Assembly: GCA_038104845.1 (NCBI GenBank)
Contig: JAYOBJ010000004.1
Location: forward strand, 14,129-78,128
Reading direction: 5' to 3'
Source: Methanobacteriota archaeon
GTDB lineage: Archaea > Thermoplasmatota > Poseidoniia > Poseidoniales > Poseidoniaceae
DNA length: 64,000 nucleotides
Of the stretch, positions 20,497 through 30,276 are shown one piece after another (the first letter of the stretch is position 1; each line of letters opens with the position of its first letter). The notes under the pieces were generated by a model. That model worked only from the letters and a program-made list of their open reading frames with translations. It was not told the origin of the DNA and did not search any database. The position numbers and the translations under genes were made by a program.

Positions 20497-23376
20497 GTGG
20501 CGAACCATTGGCACAGCATGACCGCCGACGAGTGCCTGAACACCCAGGGCACTTCACCGAACGGGTTGTCGCCCGATGAGGTCCTCCAACGACGAGCTCA
20601 ATTTGGTGAGAACAAACTTGCCGAACCTGAAAAAACACCGGCGTGGCTCCGGTTCATCTCACAGTACAACGATCCGCTGAATTTCCTCCTCATAGGTGCT
20701 GCCCTGGTGGCCCTGCTCATCAATCCGGACCATCCCGGTGATGCCATCTTCATTTTCATCGTGCTGACGGCCAACGCATTTTTTGGATTTTGGCAGGAAG
20801 GTCAAGCGGAAATTGCCATGGAATCGCTCAAAAAACTGTCCATTTCACAATGCGTCGTCATCCGAGGTGACTTTGAAAACGAAGTGCCCACGGTGGATCT
20901 TGTCCCCGGTGACATCGTACGACTCGAGACCGGCCTGAACATTCCTGCCGATGTACGCATCATCGGTGACCAACAACTCAGCATCGATGAATCGGCATTG
21001 ACCGGTGAATCGTTGACGGTGTCCAAATCGGTGGGGGAATGTTCCGACGAAACCCTGCTGGCCGACCGCTTCAACATGGCGTACATGGGAACGACCGTCG
21101 CCACGGGACGCGGTTTGGGATTGGTGGTCGACACCGGGATGTCAACCGAGCTCGGACGAATCGCCAAGGACATCGCCGACGCCGAGACACCCAAGACCCC
21201 CCTTGAACTGAAACTGGAAAGTTTGGGACGTTTCCTCGGATTCATTGCCCTGGTCGTTGCCGTGTTGCTCGTTTCGTTGCAGATGATCATCGCATACGGG
21301 ACGCCAGGTGCCAACCTGCGGGACGCTGCCATTGAGCAATTCATCATCGCCATCGCCATTTTTGTCGCCATTGTTCCTGAGGGGTTGCCCATCATTCTCG
21401 TCATCACGCTCTCGCTTGGCATGCGAAACATGGCTCGCCACCGTGCCATCATCCGTCGGATGAAGGCGGTGGAGACCCTCGGTTCAACCACAGTTATTTG
21501 CTCCGACAAAACCGGAACGCTGACCAAGAATCAGATGACTGTACGCTCGTTGATGACGCTGAACGACGAATTTGGTTTCTCTGGCGAGGGGTTCAAGCCT
21601 CAGGGAGAGTTGACCCGCAATGGCGAGGCACTGGGCGATGATGAGCTCAAAGAACAGCAACAAAACCTGCTCCACCGTCTCATTGGGGCCAATTTGGCGC
21701 TCTGTCACAACTCCACCATCGCAAAAGCTGACGGGCATTGGCAAGCCATCGGTGACCCAACCGATTCAGCATGCGCCGTTGCTGGTTGGAAAATCAACGG
21801 CGACGTGAAGAAATTCTCGCACCGACACCCTCGCCTCAATGAATTCTTCTTTGATTCCACCCGAAAACGGATGAGTGTTGTCCACGAGTACGAGGGAGAG
21901 CGATGGGTGTTTTCCAAAGGCAGCCTCGGTGGTTATGAGGGGTTGGCGACCAGCAAAATCATCGGCAACATTGTGGCCCCCCTCGAACCCAGCGATTGGG
22001 CCACCGTGCTTGAACAAAACAACACGATGGGTTCGCAAGCGATGCGCGTCATCGCCATCCTGGCCAAGAAATTGGAACCCAATGCCGACGAAACGGACAT
22101 CAAGGTGGTCGAAAGCGATCTCACGTTCCTTGGGCTGGTGGGCATCATGGACCCGCCCCGTCCTGAGGTCAAAGATGCCATCGAAACCTGTCAGCGGGCT
22201 GGCATCAAAGTCAAGATGATCACCGGCGACCAAGCCATGACCGCTGCCGCCATTGGGGCTGAACTCCACATCGAATCCGGTCAACAACCTGCCATCGATG
22301 GGAACATGTTGGCCACCATGGACAGCGATGCGCTCGAAGCGGTGGCCCAGGATGTGTCCATCTATGCCCGGGTGACACCCGATCAGAAAATGAACATCGT
22401 GGCTGCGCTTCAGGCGCGAGGTGAAATTGTGGCCATGACAGGTGACGGAGTCAACGATGCACCCGCGCTTTCCCGTGCGAACATTGGCATCGCCATGGGC
22501 ATTGCTGGCACCGATGTGGCGAAGGATGCCGCCGACATGGTGCTGCAGGATGACAACTTCGCCAACATCGTTCATGCGGTGGAAGAAGGGCGTAAAATTT
22601 ACCAAAACATACGCAACTTTGTTCGTTATCAGGTGTCGACCAACGTGGCGGCCGTGGCCTTGATCATTGTGTCGACGTTCGTGTTTGGTTGGTCCCTGCC
22701 GTTGACGGCCACGCAGATTTTGGTCATCAACATTCTGATGGACGGGCCACCTGCGGTCGCCCTTGGTGTGGAAAAAGAACACGGCAACGTGATGGAACGT
22801 CCACCGCGACCGGTTGAAGAAAACCTGCCCAACGGCAAAGACATCTCACTTATTTTCTACCTCGGTGCCGTCATGGTGACCGGCACGCTGGCGGTGTTTT
22901 TCCTCGCCGGTGGCGGATTGGCACAGTGCGACATTCTGCCAACGGAAACAACCACCACAGCCTTCGACGTAGAGGCATGCAAAGCCGGCGACGAAGCGGC
23001 GATTCAGGCTTGGCAGGCGTACGCTGACGGCCATTTCGAGCATGCACAAACCATGGCGTTTGCCGTGTTCATCGTGTTCCAATTGTTCAACGTGATCAAC
23101 TGCAGGTCCAACGATCAAAGTGTTTTCGAACTCGGGTTGTTCTCCAACAAGGCCATCAACTATGCGTTGTTGATTTCGTCTGGACTGCTGCTCTTCTTTG
23201 TCCAACTCGCCGAGTCGACGATCCCCTTGACCAGCATACAAATCGGTTCGTTGCTGTCCACGACCTCGATCACGCTGAGTGATTGGGCGATTGTTGTGCT
23301 CGTCGCATCGGGTGTGTTCATCATCGAGGAATTCCGAAAGCTGTTGGTGAAATCGAATTTGTTCAGCGTACGATGA
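20497..23376 (+). CDS. P-type IIA Ca2+/Mn2+-transporting ATPase (SPCA/PMR1-like)
   Basis: TGES, VPEGLP, DKTGTLT, GDGVNDAP, INILMDGPPA. Confidence 0.93.
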   Translation: MANHWHSMTADECLNTQGTSPNGLSPDEVLQRRAQFGENKLAEPEKTPAWLRFISQYNDPLNFLLIGAALVALLINPDHPGDAIFIFIVLTANAFFGFWQEGQAEIAMESLKKLSISQCVVIRGDFENEVPTVDLVPGDIVRLETGLNIPADVRIIGDQQLSIDESALTGESLTVSKSVGECSDETLLADRFNMAYMGTTVATGRGLGLVVDTGMSTELGRIAKDIADAETPKTPLELKLESLGRFLGFIALVVAVLLVSLQMIIAYGTPGANLRDAAIEQFIIAIAIFVAIVPEGLPIILVITLSLGMRNMARHRAIIRRMKAVETLGSTTVICSDKTGTLTKNQMTVRSLMTLNDEFGFSGEGFKPQGELTRNGEALGDDELKEQQQNLLHRLIGANLALCHNSTIAKADGHWQAIGDPTDSACAVAGWKINGDVKKFSHRHPRLNEFFFDSTRKRMSVVHEYEGERWVFSKGSLGGYEGLATSKIIGNIVAPLEPSDWATVLEQNNTMGSQAMRVIAILAKKLEPNADETDIKVVESDLTFLGLVGIMDPPRPEVKDAIETCQRAGIKVKMITGDQAMTAAAIGAELHIESGQQPAIDGNMLATMDSDALEAVAQDVSIYARVTPDQKMNIVAALQARGEIVAMTGDGVNDAPALSRANIGIAMGIAGTDVAKDAADMVLQDDNFANIVHAVEEGRKIYQNIRNFVRYQVSTNVAAVALIIVSTFVFGWSLPLTATQILVINILMDGPPAVALGVEKEHGNVMERPPRPVEENLPNGKDISLIFYLGAVMVTGTLAVFFLAGGGLAQCDILPTETTTTAFDVEACKAGDEAAIQAWQAYADGHFEHAQTMAFAVFIVFQLFNVINCRSNDQSVFELGLFSNKAINYALLISSGLLLFFVQLAESTIPLTSIQIGSLLSTTSITLSDWAIVVLVASGVFIIEEFRKLLVKSNLFSVR

Positions 23377-23382
23377 ACACGG

Positions 23383-24621
23383 ATGGAAGCACACCTTCTT
23401 GAAGCGAAAGCGGAACAGACAGACATGGTTGCGAACGCGTTGGCTGGGGCTCACCCAGAGTGGCCGGTTCGGCTCGCCACATCCCTCCGTCAAGAGTCAT
23501 GGTCCACCACTCTGCAACCGATCGTTGAAAAATTAAGCCAAAACATCCCGCTTTCCGTTGATGATGGTTTGTTGTTGTACCGCCACCCCGACCTTCATGA
23601 AGTGGGCCGCCTCGCCCACCATGCTCGGCGCGCTCGGTTTGGCTTGCGCACGTTCTTCAACGCGAACGTTCACATCAACCAAACGAACGTCTGTGTGCTG
23701 GCTTGCAAGTTCTGTGCGTTTCGTCGGGGTCCAAAAGCGAAGGACGCCTATGCCATGGAGGTTCAGGAGTACATCGATGATGTGAGCCAGTACGCCGCCC
23801 ACGTTGACGAAGTTCACTCCGTCGGTGGCTTGCACCCTGACTGGGATGTCGACCACTACGTGGCCATGTTTGAAGGGGTGCGGGCCCTTCACCCCCATTT
23901 GAGCCTCAAAGCGCTCACGGCGGTGGAGATCAAACACCTCGCTCAACAATCGGACCTTTCGACCAAAGATGTTCTTCAACGACTGAAAAACGCCGGCCTC
24001 ACCTCGTTGCCGGGCGGCGGTGCGGAGATTCTCGATGACGATGTGCGTGCCCACATCTGCAACGGCAAGGAAAGCTCAGAGGAATACCTCCGAATTCATC
24101 AGGAGGCCCATGAAATCGGTCTTCCATCGAACTGCACGATGTTGTTTGGCACGGTGGAATCGCTTGAGCAGCGGTTGCATCACATGATGGCCCTGCGAGC
24201 GTTGCAATCACGTACCGGTGGGTTCCAATGTTTCGTTCCCTATCCATTCCTACCCGATGCCTCCCGTCTCCCCGAAGCACAATTGGCCACCGCCGCTGAA
24301 GTGGTTCGCACCATCGCCGTGTCCAGGCTGATGCTGAACAACATCCCCCACATCAAAGCCTACCGAATGAACATCGGTGACCATTTGGCAGAACTGGCGC
24401 TGCAATACGGCGCCGACGACATCGACGGGACGGTCCAAAAAGAATCCATCATGCACCTTGCCGGTTCAACAACGCCCTTGGATCACGACCGAAACAACCT
24501 GGCACGGTTGATTCGAGACGCCGGAGGTGAACCCATTCAACGCAACACGGTCTACACCCGTTTCGCTCCCTACGTGCCCGTGGAGGTGCCGCCACGAACA
24601 TCGTTGCCCATGGCGTCTTGA
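23383..24621 (+). CDS. mqnE: Aminofutalosine synthase (CofH/MqnE-type radical SAM)
   Basis: CVLACKFC, SLPGGGAEI, HIKAY, GADDIDGTV; adjacent to mqnA and mqnD (MqnC not fully excluded). Confidence 0.82.
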   Translation: MEAHLLEAKAEQTDMVANALAGAHPEWPVRLATSLRQESWSTTLQPIVEKLSQNIPLSVDDGLLLYRHPDLHEVGRLAHHARRARFGLRTFFNANVHINQTNVCVLACKFCAFRRGPKAKDAYAMEVQEYIDDVSQYAAHVDEVHSVGGLHPDWDVDHYVAMFEGVRALHPHLSLKALTAVEIKHLAQQSDLSTKDVLQRLKNAGLTSLPGGGAEILDDDVRAHICNGKESSEEYLRIHQEAHEIGLPSNCTMLFGTVESLEQRLHHMMALRALQSRTGGFQCFVPYPFLPDASRLPEAQLATAAEVVRTIAVSRLMLNNIPHIKAYRMNIGDHLAELALQYGADDIDGTVQKESIMHLAGSTTPLDHDRNNLARLIRDAGGEPIQRNTVYTRFAPYVPVEVPPRTSLPMAS

Positions 24622-24633
24622 GGTGAACCGTTC

Positions 24634-25425
24634 ATGTCGACTTGGTCAACGACTCTGGGCCGTGTGGCCTTCATCAACTGCGATCCTTTGTTCCACGATT
24701 TGGACGCCTCATGGAACGTCCTCGCCGCGCCACCGGCATGGTTGACCGGCCATGTGTTGCGCAGGGATTGCATCATCGCACCCGTTCCTGCCGCCGACTA
24801 CGCCAAGCATCAGGATGAATTGGTGCTCCTCCCTGACATTGGCATCGGATCGGAAGGTGAGGTGGGCAGCGTGCTGTTGTTTGGTGCCCAGCCCATCGAA
24901 TCGATGAACACCATTGCGCTGCCTTCGGACTCCGCATCGTCGGTGGCCTTGCTCAAGCACCTCTTGAAAACCCAAGGCCTTCCCATGAACTACATCACCA
25001 CCGGCCCCGATTACGAACTCATGCTGGGCCGTGCTGATGGCGCGCTGCTCATCGGTGATCGGGCGCTGGAGGTCGCCAAAGCGTTCCCCGATATGGTCCG
25101 TATGGACTTGGGTCAGGCGTGGTTGGACCGGCACGACCTGCCCATGATTTTTGGCGTCTTCGTGGCTCGAAAGGACACGCCGTTGCACCTCGTTCAAGCC
25201 GCCCATCAAGCCCTTTTGACCAACCTTGAGGGGTTTGAGTCGGATTCGGCAAAGCGTCATGCGGTGATTGAGTGGTCAATGACGCGGTCGGACCTCGCCT
25301 ACGACCGACTTGACCAGTATTACGGCGAGGTGTTCAATCGGTTGAATTCTCACCACGTGAAGGGACTCAAAACCTTCCTGCGTGAGGCGTGTGGTTTGAA
25401 GGACGAACCCGAGTTTGCATGGTGA
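24634..25425 (+). CDS. mqnA: Chorismate dehydratase
   Basis: GRVAFINCDPL, GEVGSVLL, SASSVALL, LLIGDRAL, DLGQAW. Confidence 0.88.
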   Translation: MSTWSTTLGRVAFINCDPLFHDLDASWNVLAAPPAWLTGHVLRRDCIIAPVPAADYAKHQDELVLLPDIGIGSEGEVGSVLLFGAQPIESMNTIALPSDSASSVALLKHLLKTQGLPMNYITTGPDYELMLGRADGALLIGDRALEVAKAFPDMVRMDLGQAWLDRHDLPMIFGVFVARKDTPLHLVQAAHQALLTNLEGFESDSAKRHAVIEWSMTRSDLAYDRLDQYYGEVFNRLNSHHVKGLKTFLREACGLKDEPEFAW

Positions 25426-25467
25426 TGGAAACGGTTGGTTCATGAAGGTCGGTTCGGTGGACAAATT

Positions 25468-26346
25468 ATGGTCGTGGAACTCCCATTGGATAAGGCTGGA
25501 AACAAAATTGTTCGGATCGGTCACAGCCCAGACCCGGACGATGCGTTCATGTTTCATGCCATGACGACGGGTGCCTTCCCAACACCGGGCTACACCTTTG
25601 TTCACGAACTTCAAGACATTGAGACCTTGAACCACCGTGCCATGAATCAAGATCTCGAGGTGTCGGCCGTGTCCATTCACGCCTACCCCGACATTGCCGA
25701 ACACTATGCGCTCATGAACTGCGGCGCCTCCATGGGAGAGGGTTATGGCCCCATGATCGTGTGCAAACAGGGCGTCACGGAAACCGAAGCCCGTGCAGGC
25801 ACCATCGCCGTTCCCGGGCTCAAAACCAGTGCCTACCTCGGTTTGCGCCTGGCTTGGGGCGACTGCACGGTTGAGGTGGTGCCGTTTGACGAGATCATTC
25901 CACGCATCCTTGACGACACCTACCTTTCGGGTTTGATCATTCACGAAGGTCAACTGACGTATGTGGATCACGACTTGGATGTTCTCATTGACCTTGGGAA
26001 GTGGTGGAACAATTCGACCGACAACTGGCCCATGCCATTGGGCGGCAACGTGGTTCGCCGGGACCTTGGCGATGAAGTGATGGAAGACATCACACGTTAC
26101 ACCAAAATGAGCATCGAACACGCCATCCAATCTCCCGACAAAGCGCTTGAATTTGCCAAAGCCTGGGGGCGTGGCATCGACGACAACACCAACCGTGAAT
26201 TCGTCGGTATGTATGTGAACGACCGCACCATCGACTACCGTGATGAAGGCCGCGCTTCCATTCGAAAGTTCATCAACGACGGCCAAGCCATCGGCATGAT
26301 TCGCCCCGATTTCGATGTTCAAACCATTGACTTCATCGGCGCATGA
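25468..26346 (+). CDS. mqnD: 1,4-dihydroxy-6-naphthoate synthase
   Basis: GHSPDPDDAFMF, DIETLN, GLIIHEGQLTY, PLGG, FVGMYVN. Confidence 0.93.
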   Translation: MVVELPLDKAGNKIVRIGHSPDPDDAFMFHAMTTGAFPTPGYTFVHELQDIETLNHRAMNQDLEVSAVSIHAYPDIAEHYALMNCGASMGEGYGPMIVCKQGVTETEARAGTIAVPGLKTSAYLGLRLAWGDCTVEVVPFDEIIPRILDDTYLSGLIIHEGQLTYVDHDLDVLIDLGKWWNNSTDNWPMPLGGNVVRRDLGDEVMEDITRYTKMSIEHAIQSPDKALEFAKAWGRGIDDNTNREFVGMYVNDRTIDYRDEGRASIRKFINDGQAIGMIRPDFDVQTIDFIGA

Positions 26347-26355
26347 GGTGACGAC

Positions 26356-26841
26356 ATGGCCAACACACCGATGCCACAAGTGAGCCAATACGGATCGGTG
26401 GACCCCGCTCCACCCCAGCCGAATGGCGACGTGCAAGCTTGGCGTACTGCGCTGCTCGACGAATCCTCACCCATGTTTCAGCGCATGCGAGCGGTGTTCT
26501 CCCTGCGAAACCAGCGTACGGATGAAGCATGTCTGGCCTTGTGCGACGGATTTGTGGCATCCAGCGCCCTGCTTCGACATGAAATTGCGTACGTCCTCGG
26601 TCAAATGCAAAACAACGTTGCCCTGCCCTCCCTCATCGAGCGGCTTGAGGATGCGGACGAACACGTGATGGTGCGCCATGAAGCAGCTGAAGCCATGGGT
26701 GCCATCGGTGATGTTTCCATCGTTCCTGTGTTGAAAAAGCACGCTCAAGACCCGTTGCCCGAAGTCTCGGAATCGTGCGATGTTGCTCTTGATTTGTTGA
26801 AGTGGGTTGCCAGTGCAGAATTTGAAAACACCGATTGGTGA
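26356..26841 (+). CDS. HEAT-repeat protein resembling one half of deoxyhypusine hydroxylase
   Basis: SVDPAPP, LLRHEIAYVLGQM, MVRHEAAEAMGAIG, ESCDVALD; SD GAGGTGA. Confidence 0.85.
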   Translation: MANTPMPQVSQYGSVDPAPPQPNGDVQAWRTALLDESSPMFQRMRAVFSLRNQRTDEACLALCDGFVASSALLRHEIAYVLGQMQNNVALPSLIERLEDADEHVMVRHEAAEAMGAIGDVSIVPVLKKHAQDPLPEVSESCDVALDLLKWVASAEFENTDW

Positions 26842-26901
26842 AGAAACACCTCCCTCAAGTTCAAAGACTCAGGCCAGCACGGAAAAACAGGAAGGGTTTG
26901 C

Positions 26902-27111
26902 ATGCCGCACGAACACGTCCAACTCGCTCAAGCCCCCAACGGTGAACTCGGCCCTCGTTGCCACACCTGCGGCACCCGACTCACGTTTGGAAACGCCATG
27001 GTGGTGGACAAGCACTACATGTGTTGGGACCACTACGTGGAAGCCACCGGTGCCGATACGGTCACCAAGGTGTCGACCGCAGATGAACGCTTTTGGATGA
27101 AGCAGGACTAA
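26902..27111 (+). CDS. Small zinc-finger protein
   Basis: CHTC-x17-CWDH; GTTCAAAG element upstream. Confidence 0.7.
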   Translation: MPHEHVQLAQAPNGELGPRCHTCGTRLTFGNAMVVDKHYMCWDHYVEATGADTVTKVSTADERFWMKQD

Positions 27112-27161
27112 TCGGACGGTTCATGTAGCCTCGTCGGACCTTTCCCGATGAGGCGGCCACA

Positions 27162-28364
27162 TTGTCGACAGGTTGGGCGAGGTTTGCGCACCGGTTCAGC
27201 CAGTACTACCGCCATGCAGACTTGTGGTCACCGCCCAGGGTTCGAACGCGAGAATGGATGTTCATCCCGTTCGGAGGTGCTCCCCCTTTGCGACACAAGG
27301 CGTTTTCGAGCGTCAACGATGTTCGCACCTTCCTCAGTGAGCGTGCCATGCACTCGTGCTTCTATTCAACAGCGTATTGGAAACGCCCCTATGAGATGAA
27401 GATGGCCGACAAAGGTTGGCAAGGTGCTGACTTAATCTTTGATCTGGACGGTGACCACCTTCCTGGTGTCACCGATCGTGATTTCCCGGCCATGCTTGAG
27501 GTGATTCAAGAACAGGCGTGGACGCTTTGGAACGATTTCCTCCAACCCGAATTTGGTTTTGATGAGCGTCACCTCCAAGTCACGTTTTCGGGTCATCGTG
27601 GGTTCCACCTTCATTACCGCGATCCCAAGTTTTTCCACCTCGATTCAGAAGCCCGCCGTGAATTGGTGGCTCACATCCGTGGCGAAGGTGTGGATGTCCA
27701 AGGGGGGCTTGCACGATTCAAGGACGCCGACGCGCAGGGCTGGACCCGTCGGCTTCGGTCAGGCATGGAAGACATGGTGGCGACCTTGACCAACATCAAC
27801 CGCGGGGTAGATGGAGCATCCACTGAACTGAGGCGTTTGGAAGCGTCGCTGAAGGAACTCCAGGAGCGGGAGGGCAAGACCTCGCAGACCACCGCAGATT
27901 CCATTCGGAAATTGGCAGCTTTGATCGACCACCCTGACCGAACCAAGCGGTTGATGGAGGGTCGGTTCGATCTGTTGTCCAATTACCAAGCGTTGTTCTT
28001 GAATTTGCTCAAATCCGATGCATCGGTGGTGCTTGGTTCTGCTGGTGAAACCGACGAAGTCGTGACCATTGACGTGCGACGTCAAATTCGTTGGCCCACC
28101 TCGCTGCATGGAAAATCAGGGATGCGAGTGACGGAGTTTCCCCTTGAACGTTTGGATCCCGACAAAACCACGGCGTTCAACCCGTTGAAAGAAGCGTTTG
28201 TTCTGGGGCTTGACGAAGAGGTGGAAGTGGAGTTCACCGTTGACGATGCCGTAGCGCAATTCGGTGACCGTCGCATTGAAACCAAAGCCGGCGACCGCAT
28301 CCGTACGCATGAATCGGGTGCCACGTTTTTGGTGATGAAAGGTTGGGCCAACATCGTGTCCTGA
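27162..28364 (+). CDS. priS: DNA primase small (catalytic) subunit
   Basis: REWMF, FYSTAY, LIFDLDGD, FSGHRGFH, DEVVTID..R.IRWPTSLHGKSG. Confidence 0.93.
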   Translation: MSTGWARFAHRFSQYYRHADLWSPPRVRTREWMFIPFGGAPPLRHKAFSSVNDVRTFLSERAMHSCFYSTAYWKRPYEMKMADKGWQGADLIFDLDGDHLPGVTDRDFPAMLEVIQEQAWTLWNDFLQPEFGFDERHLQVTFSGHRGFHLHYRDPKFFHLDSEARRELVAHIRGEGVDVQGGLARFKDADAQGWTRRLRSGMEDMVATLTNINRGVDGASTELRRLEASLKELQEREGKTSQTTADSIRKLAALIDHPDRTKRLMEGRFDLLSNYQALFLNLLKSDASVVLGSAGETDEVVTIDVRRQIRWPTSLHGKSGMRVTEFPLERLDPDKTTAFNPLKEAFVLGLDEEVEVEFTVDDAVAQFGDRRIETKAGDRIRTHESGATFLVMKGWANIVS

Positions 28365-28450
28365 CATTAGACACTGAAACGACGGACCGTGACCTCGGAT
28401 GAGGGAAGGTTCAAGGCTGGCTTGCCCTCCCTCCAAACGAGGTGCGTGAG

Positions 28451-29419
28451 ATGGGGCTCCGTCGTGGCAAGAAATCCAAGAGCGCTGGGAACGACCAACC
28501 GTTGCCACCTGCGCCTCTGCCGATGCCCGGTCAGCTTCCCCCAATGCCCCTTCCTGGAGAAATGCCCGCGCCGTTGCCAGCTGCGCCAGCCCCACCCGCA
28601 GTGACCGCACCGAGTGAACCCCTTCCTCTGCCTGTGGCTCCAATGCCTGAGGCAGCACCATCCTCCCTGTCCGACAAGGTGGAATCATCGGAATACGGGG
28701 CGCTCTGGGCCAAACGCTCTGAAAAGCCGCTGCAGCAGATCTACGGCCACATTGACCGCATCAGCAATCAAGAAGCAGGCTCCCTCCTCGACCGGTACGC
28801 TGACAGGTTTGGTCATTCACTGGACCGTGAAATCATCGTGATGCGTAAGGCATCGCTTGAGGAAAAGCAGGCCGAACTTCGGGAAGCGCCAACGGTTGAA
28901 TTGATCGGCGAAGACGAACCAACAGCCGAACTCACGCCCGCTGAGGAATTGAAGGCCGTGGAGGCCGAACTTCGTCAACTCAAACCGTTGTACCAAGCAG
29001 CCAAAGCCAGCGGGGATGCCGCATCCCTGGCCGAACTCAAGCCTGTTCTTCAGGAATTGATGAATCGGCGAAAGGAGCTGAAGGGTGGTCAAGCAGCCAG
29101 TGCTCCGACCGTTGCTGAAGCCGTCCCCGAAGATGAGATGGGCGCGTTGTTCGAGCGCTTCGTTCACCTCGCCAACGATTTGCTGGGCGATCACCTCCCC
29201 GAAGCCATCGTGAACGAATTCATGAACAGCCCAGGGTTTGAACTGCTGAAGACCGTCCATGCCGCACCGACTGAAACCTCCGACAGTGTGCGTTCCGAAT
29301 TTTACGCCATGGTGGATGACCTGCTCGGGAACATGTCCGAGGCATCCATCAACGCCTTCGTGGCATCGCCAGATTTCGACATCTACCGACAAGTCGGTGA
29401 AGCATACAAAGGAGCGTGA
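28451..29419 (+). CDS. Hypothetical protein (Pro-rich N-terminus, coiled coil)
   Basis: Long ORF with genome-typical codon use; GAGGTG SD upstream. Confidence 0.75.
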   Translation: MGLRRGKKSKSAGNDQPLPPAPLPMPGQLPPMPLPGEMPAPLPAAPAPPAVTAPSEPLPLPVAPMPEAAPSSLSDKVESSEYGALWAKRSEKPLQQIYGHIDRISNQEAGSLLDRYADRFGHSLDREIIVMRKASLEEKQAELREAPTVELIGEDEPTAELTPAEELKAVEAELRQLKPLYQAAKASGDAASLAELKPVLQELMNRRKELKGGQAASAPTVAEAVPEDEMGALFERFVHLANDLLGDHLPEAIVNEFMNSPGFELLKTVHAAPTETSDSVRSEFYAMVDDLLGNMSEASINAFVASPDFDIYRQVGEAYKGA

Positions 29420-29424
29420 AAGAC

Positions 29425-30276
29425 ATGGGATTGCTCGATAAAGCAGCGGCAGCAGGTGGAAACGAAACGGCCGCGGCCAAGCCAAAGCCCGTTGAAGTGA
29501 CGACGCCCAAAACAGTTGCCAAGGCTGCGGCCAAGGCCAAACCCGTCGCTAAGGCTGCCAAGGCGGCGAAGGTCAAGGCCCCTCGGGCACGACCTGCCGG
29601 TCTTTCCGAAGACTACGAACTCGCCTCAAACATGAATCGACGCATTTCATGGTTGGTCAATTTCATCGTGAATTTCGGTGTGCTCTTTGCTGCTATTTTC
29701 ATTGCGGCGGGGGACACCGGTGTCGTCACGACCATCTTGTTCGCTGTGAGCGGTGGCATCATCATCATCAACGTGATCTTCATTCCAATGAAGTTCAGCC
29801 GAAACATTGGGCAATTTGTCTCGCGCACCAAATTTGTTCGAGGTGACGGTAAAAACCCCCTCTTTCTTCACGGAATCCTCGTGAACTCAACCGGTCTTGC
29901 CGCTCTGATCGGCGTCATCATGATTGCAACGCAATTCCAGAAATTGTCCGAAGAGGACAACACAACGGCGATCATTCTCTTCTCACTGGGTGCTGTGTTC
30001 CTCATTCTGTGGTTCATCGACCGGTTCTTGCGCAACGGCAGTGAGATGAGTCAGGGCCTCTATGACCTGCTGTTTGGTGCTTATTTGGTGAAGTACGTGC
30101 CCTCCGAAGAGGAACGCGCCACCGGCATCTGGGCCCGTCTCGAAAACATGGGGAACTTTGGTGACCAACTCCTTGAGCGCCAAGAAAAGCGCGCGGCCAA
30201 AGCAGCCGAAAAGGCCGCCAAGGCTGAAGAAAAAGCGGTTGAGAACGAAGCCTCAAGTGAAGAACCAACCGAGTGA
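29425..30276 (+). CDS. Membrane protein, RDD-like
   Basis: LASNMNRRISWLVNF, about 4 TM segments, QGLYDLLFG; Ala/Lys-rich termini. Confidence 0.7.
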   Translation: MGLLDKAAAAGGNETAAAKPKPVEVTTPKTVAKAAAKAKPVAKAAKAAKVKAPRARPAGLSEDYELASNMNRRISWLVNFIVNFGVLFAAIFIAAGDTGVVTTILFAVSGGIIIINVIFIPMKFSRNIGQFVSRTKFVRGDGKNPLFLHGILVNSTGLAALIGVIMIATQFQKLSEEDNTTAIILFSLGAVFLILWFIDRFLRNGSEMSQGLYDLLFGAYLVKYVPSEEERATGIWARLENMGNFGDQLLERQEKRAAKAAEKAAKAEEKAVENEASSEEPTE

